A stretch of 64,000 bases of DNA from Vulcanimicrobiota bacterium (GTDB lineage Bacteria; Vulcanimicrobiota; Vulcanimicrobiia; Vulcanimicrobiales; Vulcanimicrobiaceae): assembly GCA_963812155.1 (NCBI GenBank), contig CAWETW010000001.1, forward strand, positions 768,001 to 832,000. The letters run 5' to 3'. Below, in pieces: positions 12,632 to 20,608 of the stretch. A model generated the notes under the pieces. It was not told the origin of the DNA, searched no databases, and worked only from the letters and a program-made list of their open reading frames with translations. Both the position numbers and the translations under genes were made by a program. How positions within the stretch are numbered: position 1 is the first letter of the stretch; each line of letters starts with the position of its first letter.

Positions 12632-14133
12632 ATCGACTCGTAGGTCGCGCCGGCCATCGCGCCGAGAATCTGTCCGGCAATTTCTCCGGTTTCCTCGTCG
12701 TGCGGTCCCTTCATCGCGCTGATGAAGAACGCGAAAGCAACGTGGCGCCCTTGCTTCGTCGTAATGTAGCCGGCGAGCGCTTTTTCGACGACGCCGCCGC
12801 CGGTGAGGTAATCGTCGCTTCCATCGGTCCCCGTTTTTGCGAAAACCTTACCCCGCGCGGAAGAGTGCGTTTGAATGCCGGCCAGCGTTCCGTCGACGCC
12901 CATGATCGGCAAACCGCGCAGCAGGTACGGATACCACGACTGCATTCGCGCCCACGCGAGATAATGCACCATGAAGTCGGCGGAGTAGATTCCGCTGCCG
13001 AAACCGTCGCTCTGCGAGGCGCCCTGCAAGTCGAGACCGGCGCCGGTGAGAAGTTTTCCTTCGAGGGCGAGTCCGGCGCGCGCGTAGTCGCCGTGCGCGT
13101 GCGCGACGTAGGCTGCCCATACGTACGGCATCAGCGCGGCGTGGAGATTGTCGCTCACCTTGAGCGTTATCCGCACGTCTTCGGCGAGCGGGAGCGAAAC
13201 GTGCTGCGTGACCAGGTTCGCGGGAACGTACGCCGAGGTCGCAGGCGGACTCGTATCCCCGCCCGCGTCCGGCGTGGCCACGGTGACGCCTGCGTCGCGC
13301 AACGCGAGGACCAACGCATCTTCGGCAAAGCGCCGCGGATTGGGAACGCGATAGGCGTAGAGCACGCTCGCCCCCGCGGGTTGCGACCCGGTGACGGTGA
13401 CGGTGTGCCGTCCGCCGGCATCGGTCACATCGGTGCTCAGATCGATCGTCGCGTCGCTATTCGGCGCGCCGGTCGTCGCCTTGTCGACGAACGTAACGTA
13501 CGGCGTCTGCGGTGAAACCGCGAGCGTGACGGGATCGCCCGGCGATCGGCCGGGCGTGACCGTGACGTCCACCAGATTGTCGTTCACGACGACCGAGGAT
13601 ATCGTGACGCCGGTTCCCGATTCGCTTCCTTGGTCCGGAAAGAGCGACGTATCGACGATAACGCGTCCGTCGACGCGCTTGATACCGGCCTTTGCAACGC
13701 CGGCGGCGAGTTCGCGCAGAACGGCCAGCGGATCGCCCGGTACCGCTTTGGTGGCGGCGGATCCGTCGTAGGCGTGATCTTCGTTTTCGAACGACAGCGT
13801 GCCGTCGGGTTGGATGCGTTGCGACAGATTCGGGTCGGCCGCCGCGACGATCACGAGATCGCCGTGCAGTACGCCGGCGCCGTCAACGGCGCCCGTACGG
13901 TAGACCGGCGTCGTGAAGCGGAACTGCGGTCCGAGCAACGCGAGGGTCGTCCCCTCGGTCAGCAGTTTCGTCGTCGACGCGGCATCCATGAGCACCGACG
14001 CATTCCGCGCGTAGAGCACGTGGCGCGCGTCGAGATCGTAGACTTCGGCCGCGAGGACCGAATGGTTCAAGCGCGGGGTGCGCTCCGGCGCCGCAATCGC
14101 CAGCGCGAGGGCGGCGGCCGGCGCGAGGCTCAC
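12628..14133 (-). CDS. dacB: D-alanyl-D-alanine carboxypeptidase/endopeptidase (S13)
   Basis: ASTTKL (SxxK), SDN, AKTGT. Confidence 0.9.
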
Positions 14134-14942
14134 GCGAAGACTTCGACCAGTTCGAGGAATGGAGCGATATCGGCTCGTTCGATCTCCATCCCGACGCCTT
14201 TGGTGTGATAGCGAATGTCGTGGAAGTCCATGCCCGCGGTCATGACCAGCCCGTACTGCTTGGCCTTTGCCCGAAACTCGACAACGTCGGCGGGTTCGTG
14301 CAGCGGATAGAAGACTTCGATTCCGCGCATTCCATGCTCGACCAGGTCGTCGATGAGACTGCGGTCCCGCAGCCGTCCAGGATGCGCGAGCACGGGAATG
14401 CCGCCGACGGCCGCGATCGTTTCGATCGCGCGTTGCGGCGTCGTATAGAGCTGCGGCACGTAACCCGGCTTGCCGCCGCCAATTAAGTCGCGGAAGGCCG
14501 TGGAGACGCTTTCGGTCATCCCCCTCCGTACAAGCGCCTTGGCGACGTGCGGCCGCCCGACGGAGTGCGCCTCGTCGGATTCGCGCAGGACGTCTTCCAT
14601 CGTCAATCCGTAGCCCGCGGCCCGGAGTTGGTCAACCATCGTTTGCGCGCGACCGCGCCGCTGCTCTTGATTGTATTCGAGCAGTTCGTTGATCGCCGAC
14701 GGTCCCAACGGCACGTCGTAGCCGAGCACGTGCACTTCGTTCTCTCGCCACGTCGTATTGATTTCGATGCCCGTGATGTAGTGCGAATCGGGTGGCGGTT
14801 CGAAGGCGCCGTAGGCACCCAGCGTATCGTGGTCGGAAATGCAGAAGATTTCGACCTTGCGCTCGCCCATGAAGTCGGCCAGCGCCTGCGGCGCCAGCGT
14901 CCCGTCGCTGACGTTACTGTGTGAATGCAGATCGACGATCAC
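14130..14942 (-). CDS. PHP-domain phosphoesterase (TrpH/YciV-like)
   Basis: DLHSHS.VSDG, SDHD, GRPH, AHP, DFH. Confidence 0.9.
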   Translation of the reverse strand: MIVDLHSHSNVSDGTLAPQALADFMGERKVEIFCISDHDTLGAYGAFEPPPDSHYITGIEINTTWRENEVHVLGYDVPLGPSAINELLEYNQEQRRGRAQTMVDQLRAAGYGLTMEDVLRESDEAHSVGRPHVAKALVRRGMTESVSTAFRDLIGGGKPGYVPQLYTTPQRAIETIAAVGGIPVLAHPGRLRDRSLIDDLVEHGMRGIEVFYPLHEPADVVEFRAKAKQYGLVMTAGMDFHDIRYHTKGVGMEIERADIAPFLELVEVFA

Positions 14943-15250
14943 GCCACGGTCTCCGTTGACGGCTCGAGGGTAGATACGCAGGCGCGGCGTTCGACGGTCA
15001 GCGAAATGCCGGTGCGCTCGTTGTCGCTGATCGCGACGGTGATGAAGGCCGGTACGCACACGACGTCGATGGACGCCGCCTTGAGGTAGTTACGCGCAAT
15101 CGCGACGGCCTTGATCGCCTGATTGATCGCGCCCGCGCCGACGGCCTGAAGTTCGGCGCTATCGCGTTCGCGCAACGTCGCGGCCAGCGCACCGGCCACG
15201 GCGTTGGGACTGCTTTTCGTGGATACTTTCAACGGACCGTCGGCGCTCAC
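14939..15250 (-). CDS. spoVS: Stage V sporulation protein S family (Alba-like)
   Basis: LKVS.KS.PNAVAGALA, QAVGAGAINQAIKA.AIAR. Confidence 0.92.
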   Translation of the reverse strand: MSADGPLKVSTKSSPNAVAGALAATLRERDSAELQAVGAGAINQAIKAVAIARNYLKAASIDVVCVPAFITVAISDNERTGISLTVERRACVSTLEPSTETVA

Positions 15251-16044
15251 GCGATACCTCGTAGGAAGATGCGTTTGATCTCGGTGGCTTTGCCGGTAGC
15301 GGTATCGATCCCCACTACGGCGGCGCAAAACTGCTTCGTGCCGTTCTTCTCGACGTTAAAACGTTCGGATACTCCTGTAAGGAAACGGTCGAGCACGGCT
15401 TTTTGCTCCATGCCGATGACGCCGTCGGTCGGTCCGGTCATGCCGACGTCGGTGATGTAGGCGGTGCCGCCCGGGAAAATCTGTTCGTCGGCGGTTTGCA
15501 CGTGGGTGTGCGTTCCGTAGATGCACGAGACGCGCCCATCGAGATACCGGGTCAGCGCGACTTTCTCCGAAGTCGCCTCGGCGTGTACGTCGACGACCAC
15601 GACCGGCGTTTGCGCCCGGAGTTCGTCGACGAGCGCGTCGGCGCTGCGAAACGGATCGTCGACCGGCGGCATGAAGGTGCGTCCCATCAGGTTGAGCACG
15701 CCGATCGTCACGCCGGCGGCGACGAACGTTCCGCTTCCGCGCCCCGGCGCCGACGGCGGATAGTTGGCCGGACGCACGACCCGCTCGGTCGTTTCCAGAT
15801 ATCCCTTAAAGTCGCGTTTGTCGAAGATGTGATTGCCGCTGGTGATGAAATCGACCCCGCTGGCGAACATCTCCTCGGCGGTCTGCGCGGTCAACCCGAA
15901 ACCGCCCGCGGCGTTTTCGCCGTTGGCAATACACGCGTGAACCTGGTGCTGCTCGCGCGCGAGGGAGAGGCAGCGTTTGAGCGTCTCGCGTCCGGGTGAG
16001 CCGACGACGTCCCCGACGAGCAGCAGGCGGACGACGGGAACTAT
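15247..16044 (-). CDS. ymdB: YmdB-type metallophosphoesterase; probable non-canonical start
   Basis: GDVVG.PGR, NGENAAGG.G, TSGNH, HAEATSEK, GTHTHVQTAD; no ATG/GTG/TTG before GDVVG. Confidence 0.9.
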   Translation of the reverse strand: MVPVVRLLLVGDVVGSPGRETLKRCLSLAREQHQVHACIANGENAAGGFGLTAQTAEEMFASGVDFITSGNHIFDKRDFKGYLETTERVVRPANYPPSAPGRGSGTFVAAGVTIGVLNLMGRTFMPPVDDPFRSADALVDELRAQTPVVVVDVHAEATSEKVALTRYLDGRVSCIYGTHTHVQTADEQIFPGGTAYITDVGMTGPTDGVIGMEQKAVLDRFLTGVSERFNVEKNGTKQFCAAVVGIDTATGKATEIKRIFLRGIA

Positions 16045-16577
16045 CGCCGCGCCGACGCCTTGGCTTTCTTCTGCGTCTTCAAGAAGTACACGAGCACGCG
16101 CTTCTCTTCGCGGAAGCCGACCAGACTCTTGGACTGGGCGGGATCGCGCAGCGCCTCGACGGCGCAGAGCGCGGCTTCGTCTTGCGCGGCGGGATCCGCA
16201 TCGAGATGATCGTCCGGCACGGGATTGCGGACGAGCGCGTCGCCGAAGCGATCGCCGAAGAATGCGACCTGAAGCTCGAGTTCCTCTTTAGTAAAACTCT
16301 CCAAGTCCCGGGTGACGTGGACGAACGTCATCGCTCGGTCGCTCTCACATTCCAGCTCCAGCGTTCCGGCGTCGTCTTTGGACAGCGACAAGAAAGCGCG
16401 CACGTGATCGTCGATGGCTTCGACGAGGTCGCTCTGTGCGGTGCGGTCGAGCCGGCGGCGCAACGCGAAGGTGAGCCGCAGAGTCCGCTCGCCCGGCAGC
16501 GAGCGAACCGACGCAACTTCCGGAAATCGCACGAGCAACGCGCAAATCAAGCTCACCGTGTCGGCATTTTCGACCAT
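16041..16577 (-). CDS. Conserved hypothetical protein upstream of ymdB
   Basis: Operonic overlap; L..LLVRFPEV, V.V.RD..S.T.EE, L.GFREE..V.V.F patterns recalled from Firmicutes. Confidence 0.7.
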   Translation of the reverse strand: MVENADTVSLICALLVRFPEVASVRSLPGERTLRLTFALRRRLDRTAQSDLVEAIDDHVRAFLSLSKDDAGTLELECESDRAMTFVHVTRDLESFTKEELELQVAFFGDRFGDALVRNPVPDDHLDADPAAQDEAALCAVEALRDPAQSKSLVGFREEKRVLVYFLKTQKKAKASARR

Positions 16578-16684
16578 GTGCAGACTCCCATTTCCACCGA
16601 GTTCAGTAGCGGCCAGAGGCGGGGGTCTCGACAGTACGACGCCGACCCAAGGCCTCCCCGCGCCCTCCCGTAGAATGAACCCAG

Positions 16685-17236
16685 GTGACCCTCCGCGGGA
16701 TTCCGGGGGCCCTGGTCCTCGGGTTGCTTGCCTCGCTCGTGGCGCATTCGGCGCTCTACGGCGGCGGCCACGCCATGGGCGGCCCGTACCACTCCTGGTT
16801 CCTGGAACTCGGGCTAGCGGGCTGCCTCGGACTGCTCGCCTCGATTGCCGCGCTGGCTTGGACCGGCTCGCGGGCAGCCGCCGACGGCTCGGTGCTGGCC
16901 AGCCGCTTGTGTGAACGCTTGCCCGGAGGGTGGGCGGTCTTCGCCGCGGCGGGCCTCTGGTTCGCCCTCGGCGAGCGCGTCGAGGCGCGCCATGCCGATC
17001 CCAATGCGGTCGTGACGGCGCTGGTTTTGGCCGTTGCCGTATGGGCCGTCTGGGCGGTCGCGCGCTGGTGCGTCCGGCTTCTCGCCGGCGCAGCCATCGC
17101 CATCGGACGCCCGGCCTTCGCTCAGCGGTCGCCGCACTGGGTGCGCTGCGCGGCTCCCGCGCCGATCGCTCGACGCTCGCCGCTGCTGCGGCGGCGCTTC
17201 GCCCGTCCTCCTCCGGTCGCGAACGCCTGCGCGTAA
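16685..17236 (+). CDS. His-rich four-TM leader protein ending in RPPP (candidate arrest peptide)
   Basis: H21/H29/H36/H103, ~4 hydrophobic segments, RRRFARPPP at residues 169-177; TAGAAT -10 box 8 nt before GTG. Confidence 0.75.
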   Translation: MTLRGIPGALVLGLLASLVAHSALYGGGHAMGGPYHSWFLELGLAGCLGLLASIAALAWTGSRAAADGSVLASRLCERLPGGWAVFAAAGLWFALGERVEARHADPNAVVTALVLAVAVWAVWAVARWCVRLLAGAAIAIGRPAFAQRSPHWVRCAAPAPIARRSPLLRRRFARPPPVANACA

Positions 17237-17278
17237 CGCGCAGATCCTCGTTCGCACTCGCTTCTTTTCACCGGAGGA
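17209..17278 (+). promoter_or_regulatory. Nested stem-loop sequestering the SD of 17282
   Basis: TCCTCCGGT(17209-17)/ACCGGAGGA(17270-78); GCGAACG/CGTTCGC; CTGCGCG-TAA-CGCGCAG. Confidence 0.8.
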
Positions 17279-17281
17279 TTT

Positions 17282-18196
17282 ATGTTTCGCATTTACGCGG
17301 CGCTCGGCGCCGTGCTCGTTTGGATTCTCATGGGGCGGGGAACCGCACAGGCGCACGTCGTCTGCGGAGACCGCGTCTTTCCCGCCACCTTAACCATGGA
17401 CGATCCCGGCGTAAGCGACGAGGTATCGCTACCGACGGTCACGCTCACCCCGACGTCGTCGGCACAAAGCAATACCTACGGCTTCGAATGGGATAAGACT
17501 ATTACCGAAGACTTGGGCTTCGGAATCAGCAACGATCTCATCACGCAGCGCAGTCCGGGCCAGAGTTACGCAGGATGGGACAACTGGGAGATCACGCTTA
17601 AGGATCAGCACCCCTGCAGCGAGGTGCACCCTCGCCAAGAATTCGTCTGGGCGGTCGGTGTAGTTCGCGACTTGCCGCTCAGCGGTTCGAAGCAGCTTCG
17701 CGATGCGGGTATCATCGAGGACGTCGGATCCACCTCGGCAACTTTTTATTTCGGCAAAGGCTTTGGCACCGCGTCCGGGTACCTGCGCCCGCTCGCAATC
17801 ACCGGCGAATTCAGCCGCGATTTTTCCGATAACGCCGGTGAGAGTCCGGCCGCGTGGAGTTACGCAGCGTCCTTTCAGTACTCGATGCCTTACCTTCAAC
17901 AGAATGTGAAGGCGCTGCACATTCCGCAATTTTTCACACGCTTGACACCGCTCGTCGAGGTTGCGATGAGTAGCCCCGACAGCGGCGGCACGCCCACGGG
18001 GACGATTTCGCCCGGTTTCCTCTATGATGCGAACACTTGGCAGATAGGTGCCGAGGCCGTCATCCCGGCCAACGGAGCCTCGCGCTTAGAACAAGGCACG
18101 GGATTTATCGTTCAATATCACTTATTTCTCGACTCATTCAATAAGAGTTTCTTCGGCAGGCCACTCGTCAATACAAATCTTTGGGGAAAGCCATGA
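17282..18196 (+). CDS. Exported, probably outer-membrane beta-barrel, copper-associated protein
   Basis: Signal AQA then mature His1 (HVVCG); amphipathic beta strands; overlaps copC. Confidence 0.65.
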   Translation: MFRIYAALGAVLVWILMGRGTAQAHVVCGDRVFPATLTMDDPGVSDEVSLPTVTLTPTSSAQSNTYGFEWDKTITEDLGFGISNDLITQRSPGQSYAGWDNWEITLKDQHPCSEVHPRQEFVWAVGVVRDLPLSGSKQLRDAGIIEDVGSTSATFYFGKGFGTASGYLRPLAITGEFSRDFSDNAGESPAAWSYAASFQYSMPYLQQNVKALHIPQFFTRLTPLVEVAMSSPDSGGTPTGTISPGFLYDANTWQIGAEAVIPANGASRLEQGTGFIVQYHLFLDSFNKSFFGRPLVNTNLWGKP

Positions 18197-18564
18197 ACGC
18201 ACGGATTATCGCAACGCTCTTCTTGCTCGCCCAACTGCTCGTAGCTCCGGCTGTGGTTCGAGCGCACGCATTTCTCGACCATGCCAATCCCGAAGTAGGT
18301 AGCACGGTATCAGCCGCACCCACAGTAGTGCATGTTTGGTTCACGCAAGAACTCGAGCCGGCATTTAGTTGGGTGCAAGTGACCGACAAATCGGGGCAAT
18401 CCGTAGCCGACGGTTCTTCGGCGGTCGATCCTAACAATAAACAGGAGATGGACGTCAAGCTCAAGCCGTTGACGGCCGGAAGCTATACGGTAAAATGGCA
18501 TGCGTTGTCGGTCGATACACACACGACCCAAGGCGACTTCACCTTTCAAGTCAAGGGGAGTTAA
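18193..18564 (+). CDS. copC: Periplasmic copper-binding protein CopC
   Basis: HAFL...P..GSTV..AP, GSYTVKWHALSVDTH.TQG. Confidence 0.92.
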   Translation: MNARIIATLFLLAQLLVAPAVVRAHAFLDHANPEVGSTVSAAPTVVHVWFTQELEPAFSWVQVTDKSGQSVADGSSAVDPNNKQEMDVKLKPLTAGSYTVKWHALSVDTHTTQGDFTFQVKGS

Positions 18565-18588
18565 GCCATCGATCCGCTCCTGAGCGCT

Positions 18589-20541
18589 GTGCGAATGCTC
18601 CATTTCGCGGCGAGTGTGTCGCTAGTTGGTGTATTCGTATTATGGTGCTTCATCGTATGGCCCGCCTTTCGCCGCACGCCGGCAGCACTAACGTTTGAGG
18701 GGCGGTGGGACCGGTCGCTCTTCGTGCTGGCTTGGGTGAGCCTGCTCGCCGCACTCATAAGCGGCGGCGCTTGGCTTGCCATCGTTGCAGCGAACATGAG
18801 CGGGATGCCCCTCGCTGGGGTCTTTCAGGGCGGCACCATCAACGTCGTCTTGACGCAAACGCACTTTGGCGCAGCGTGGATCATACGCGCCGGACTTATT
18901 ATCGTCCTAGCAGCGTGTTTGGCCGTACAGGCGCGGAGTCGCAAACATGTGGCAGGCTGGGTCGGACTCATCGCTGCCGGCGCGTTTATTGCCTCGCTGG
19001 CATGGGCCGGCCATGCTGCAGCGACCGAAGACGTGCCGTTCGACGCCGTTCATCTGCCCTCCGACGTTTTGCATTTACTGGCATCAGGCGGCTGGCTCGG
19101 CGCCCTGTTGCCGCTCGTTCTCTTCCTTGCTCAAGCATCGCGCGACAATTTCCCGCCGATGGTTGAGGCTGCGTGTACGGCAACGCGGCGGTTTTCGGTG
19201 CTTGGGATCACGTGCGTGGGAACGTTGATCGTAACCGGCGTTGTGAACACATGGTTCCTAGCAGGCAGCGTTCCAGCATTGCTCGGAACGTTATACGGTC
19301 AACTCCTACTCCTCAAAATAGCGCTATTCGCGATGATGATTATCTTAGCGAGCGTCAATCAGCGGCGACTCCTACCTCGCCTCGCCGGCGCTATGAGGGA
19401 TCCCAATTCTCCTTTGCAAGAACTTCGGCAGGTGGTCCGCAACGCGTCCGTCGAGTCCGGAATCGGCGTCCTCGTTCTTGCCATCGTCGGAATCATGGGC
19501 ATACTGCCTCCGGGACTGCACACCGAGCCACGCTGGCCGCTTCCATTTCGGTTTGATATAAACGAGATTCCACCGGGTACGCAGCCGGCGTTCTACGCCG
19601 CCGCCGCCGCTTTCGCCGTCAGCCTGATCGCCACGCTCGTTATCGCCGAGAGAAAACGCTACCGCGTGATGCCCGCCTCCATTGCCTTGGCCGTCGTTTT
19701 CGGCATCGTTAGTTGCGTTACGCTGCGCTCTGGAATCGTGCGTGCATACCCCACGAGCTTCTATGCGTCGACGCAGGCCTTCGCCGCACCGTCCATCGAC
19801 CGCGGGGCTCCGCTTTACGTAAAGAACTGCCTTATATGTCACGGAGCCACCGGCCGGGGTGACGGTCCGCTTGCCGATCAGCTTGCGGTTCGTCCGGCGA
19901 ACTTGATCGAACCACATCTATTCGCACATAAACCGGGCGAAGTGTTCTGGTGGATTAGCCACGGTAGCGACAATGGGGTTATGCCGGGTTTTGCGGGCAA
20001 GCTGTCTCCCGACCAACGGTGGGATCTGATCAATTTCGTGAAGGCGCGGGCGGCGGGGGTTCTCTCGCAACAGATAGGGTCGCAAATCACTACGGCCACG
20101 GCATTCCCGTTTCCGGATTTTGCGTTCGCGCAAGACGATTCGCAGAGTACGCTGAGCGAACTCCTCAAGAAAGGGCCGGTGCTTGTGGCAATCTTTGCAA
20201 CGCCCATACCGCGAGCGCGATTGGAGCAACTGGCGAAATTGCAGCCGCGACTGGCCGCCGCCGGCCTGCACCTTGTCGCGGTCGATCTCGGCCCAAGAAC
20301 CAATCGCGCGACTCCAGTAGTGAATGTGTCACAGGATGTTACGGCAACGCTCGCTTTGTTTCGCTCTCCCAAGGACGGCGGGGAAACAGAGCTGATGCTC
20401 GATCGAGGCGGCAATGTTCGTGCGCGGTGGACGGCAAGCGGAGTGGCAGGCCTTGCCAGTGCTAACACTCTACTTAGCGATGCTAGCCGGGTTGCGCGCA
20501 TTCCAGTGGCGGCTGCGAATCACGCCGGTCACGCTCCTTAA
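18589..20541 (+). CDS. copD: CopD copper transporter fused to cytochrome c and a redoxin-like domain
   Basis: T.FG..W..R, GHA, HLLA.GGWLG.L, RFS, YGQLLLLK; CLICH heme motif, VMPGF; start may lie slightly upstream. Confidence 0.85.
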   Translation: MRMLHFAASVSLVGVFVLWCFIVWPAFRRTPAALTFEGRWDRSLFVLAWVSLLAALISGGAWLAIVAANMSGMPLAGVFQGGTINVVLTQTHFGAAWIIRAGLIIVLAACLAVQARSRKHVAGWVGLIAAGAFIASLAWAGHAAATEDVPFDAVHLPSDVLHLLASGGWLGALLPLVLFLAQASRDNFPPMVEAACTATRRFSVLGITCVGTLIVTGVVNTWFLAGSVPALLGTLYGQLLLLKIALFAMMIILASVNQRRLLPRLAGAMRDPNSPLQELRQVVRNASVESGIGVLVLAIVGIMGILPPGLHTEPRWPLPFRFDINEIPPGTQPAFYAAAAAFAVSLIATLVIAERKRYRVMPASIALAVVFGIVSCVTLRSGIVRAYPTSFYASTQAFAAPSIDRGAPLYVKNCLICHGATGRGDGPLADQLAVRPANLIEPHLFAHKPGEVFWWISHGSDNGVMPGFAGKLSPDQRWDLINFVKARAAGVLSQQIGSQITTATAFPFPDFAFAQDDSQSTLSELLKKGPVLVAIFATPIPRARLEQLAKLQPRLAAAGLHLVAVDLGPRTNRATPVVNVSQDVTATLALFRSPKDGGETELMLDRGGNVRARWTASGVAGLASANTLLSDASRVARIPVAAANHAGHAP

Positions 20542-20608
20542 GACAAGCGCCCGGTGATACAATCGCGGCCGCAACCTGTTGTTCCGCCTCAGCGCTCCGT
20601 TCTAAGCG

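Noticed and set aside
14939..15250. spoVS as evidence of sporulation
   Set aside because: SpoVS occurs in many non-sporulating bacteria; no other sporulation genes here.
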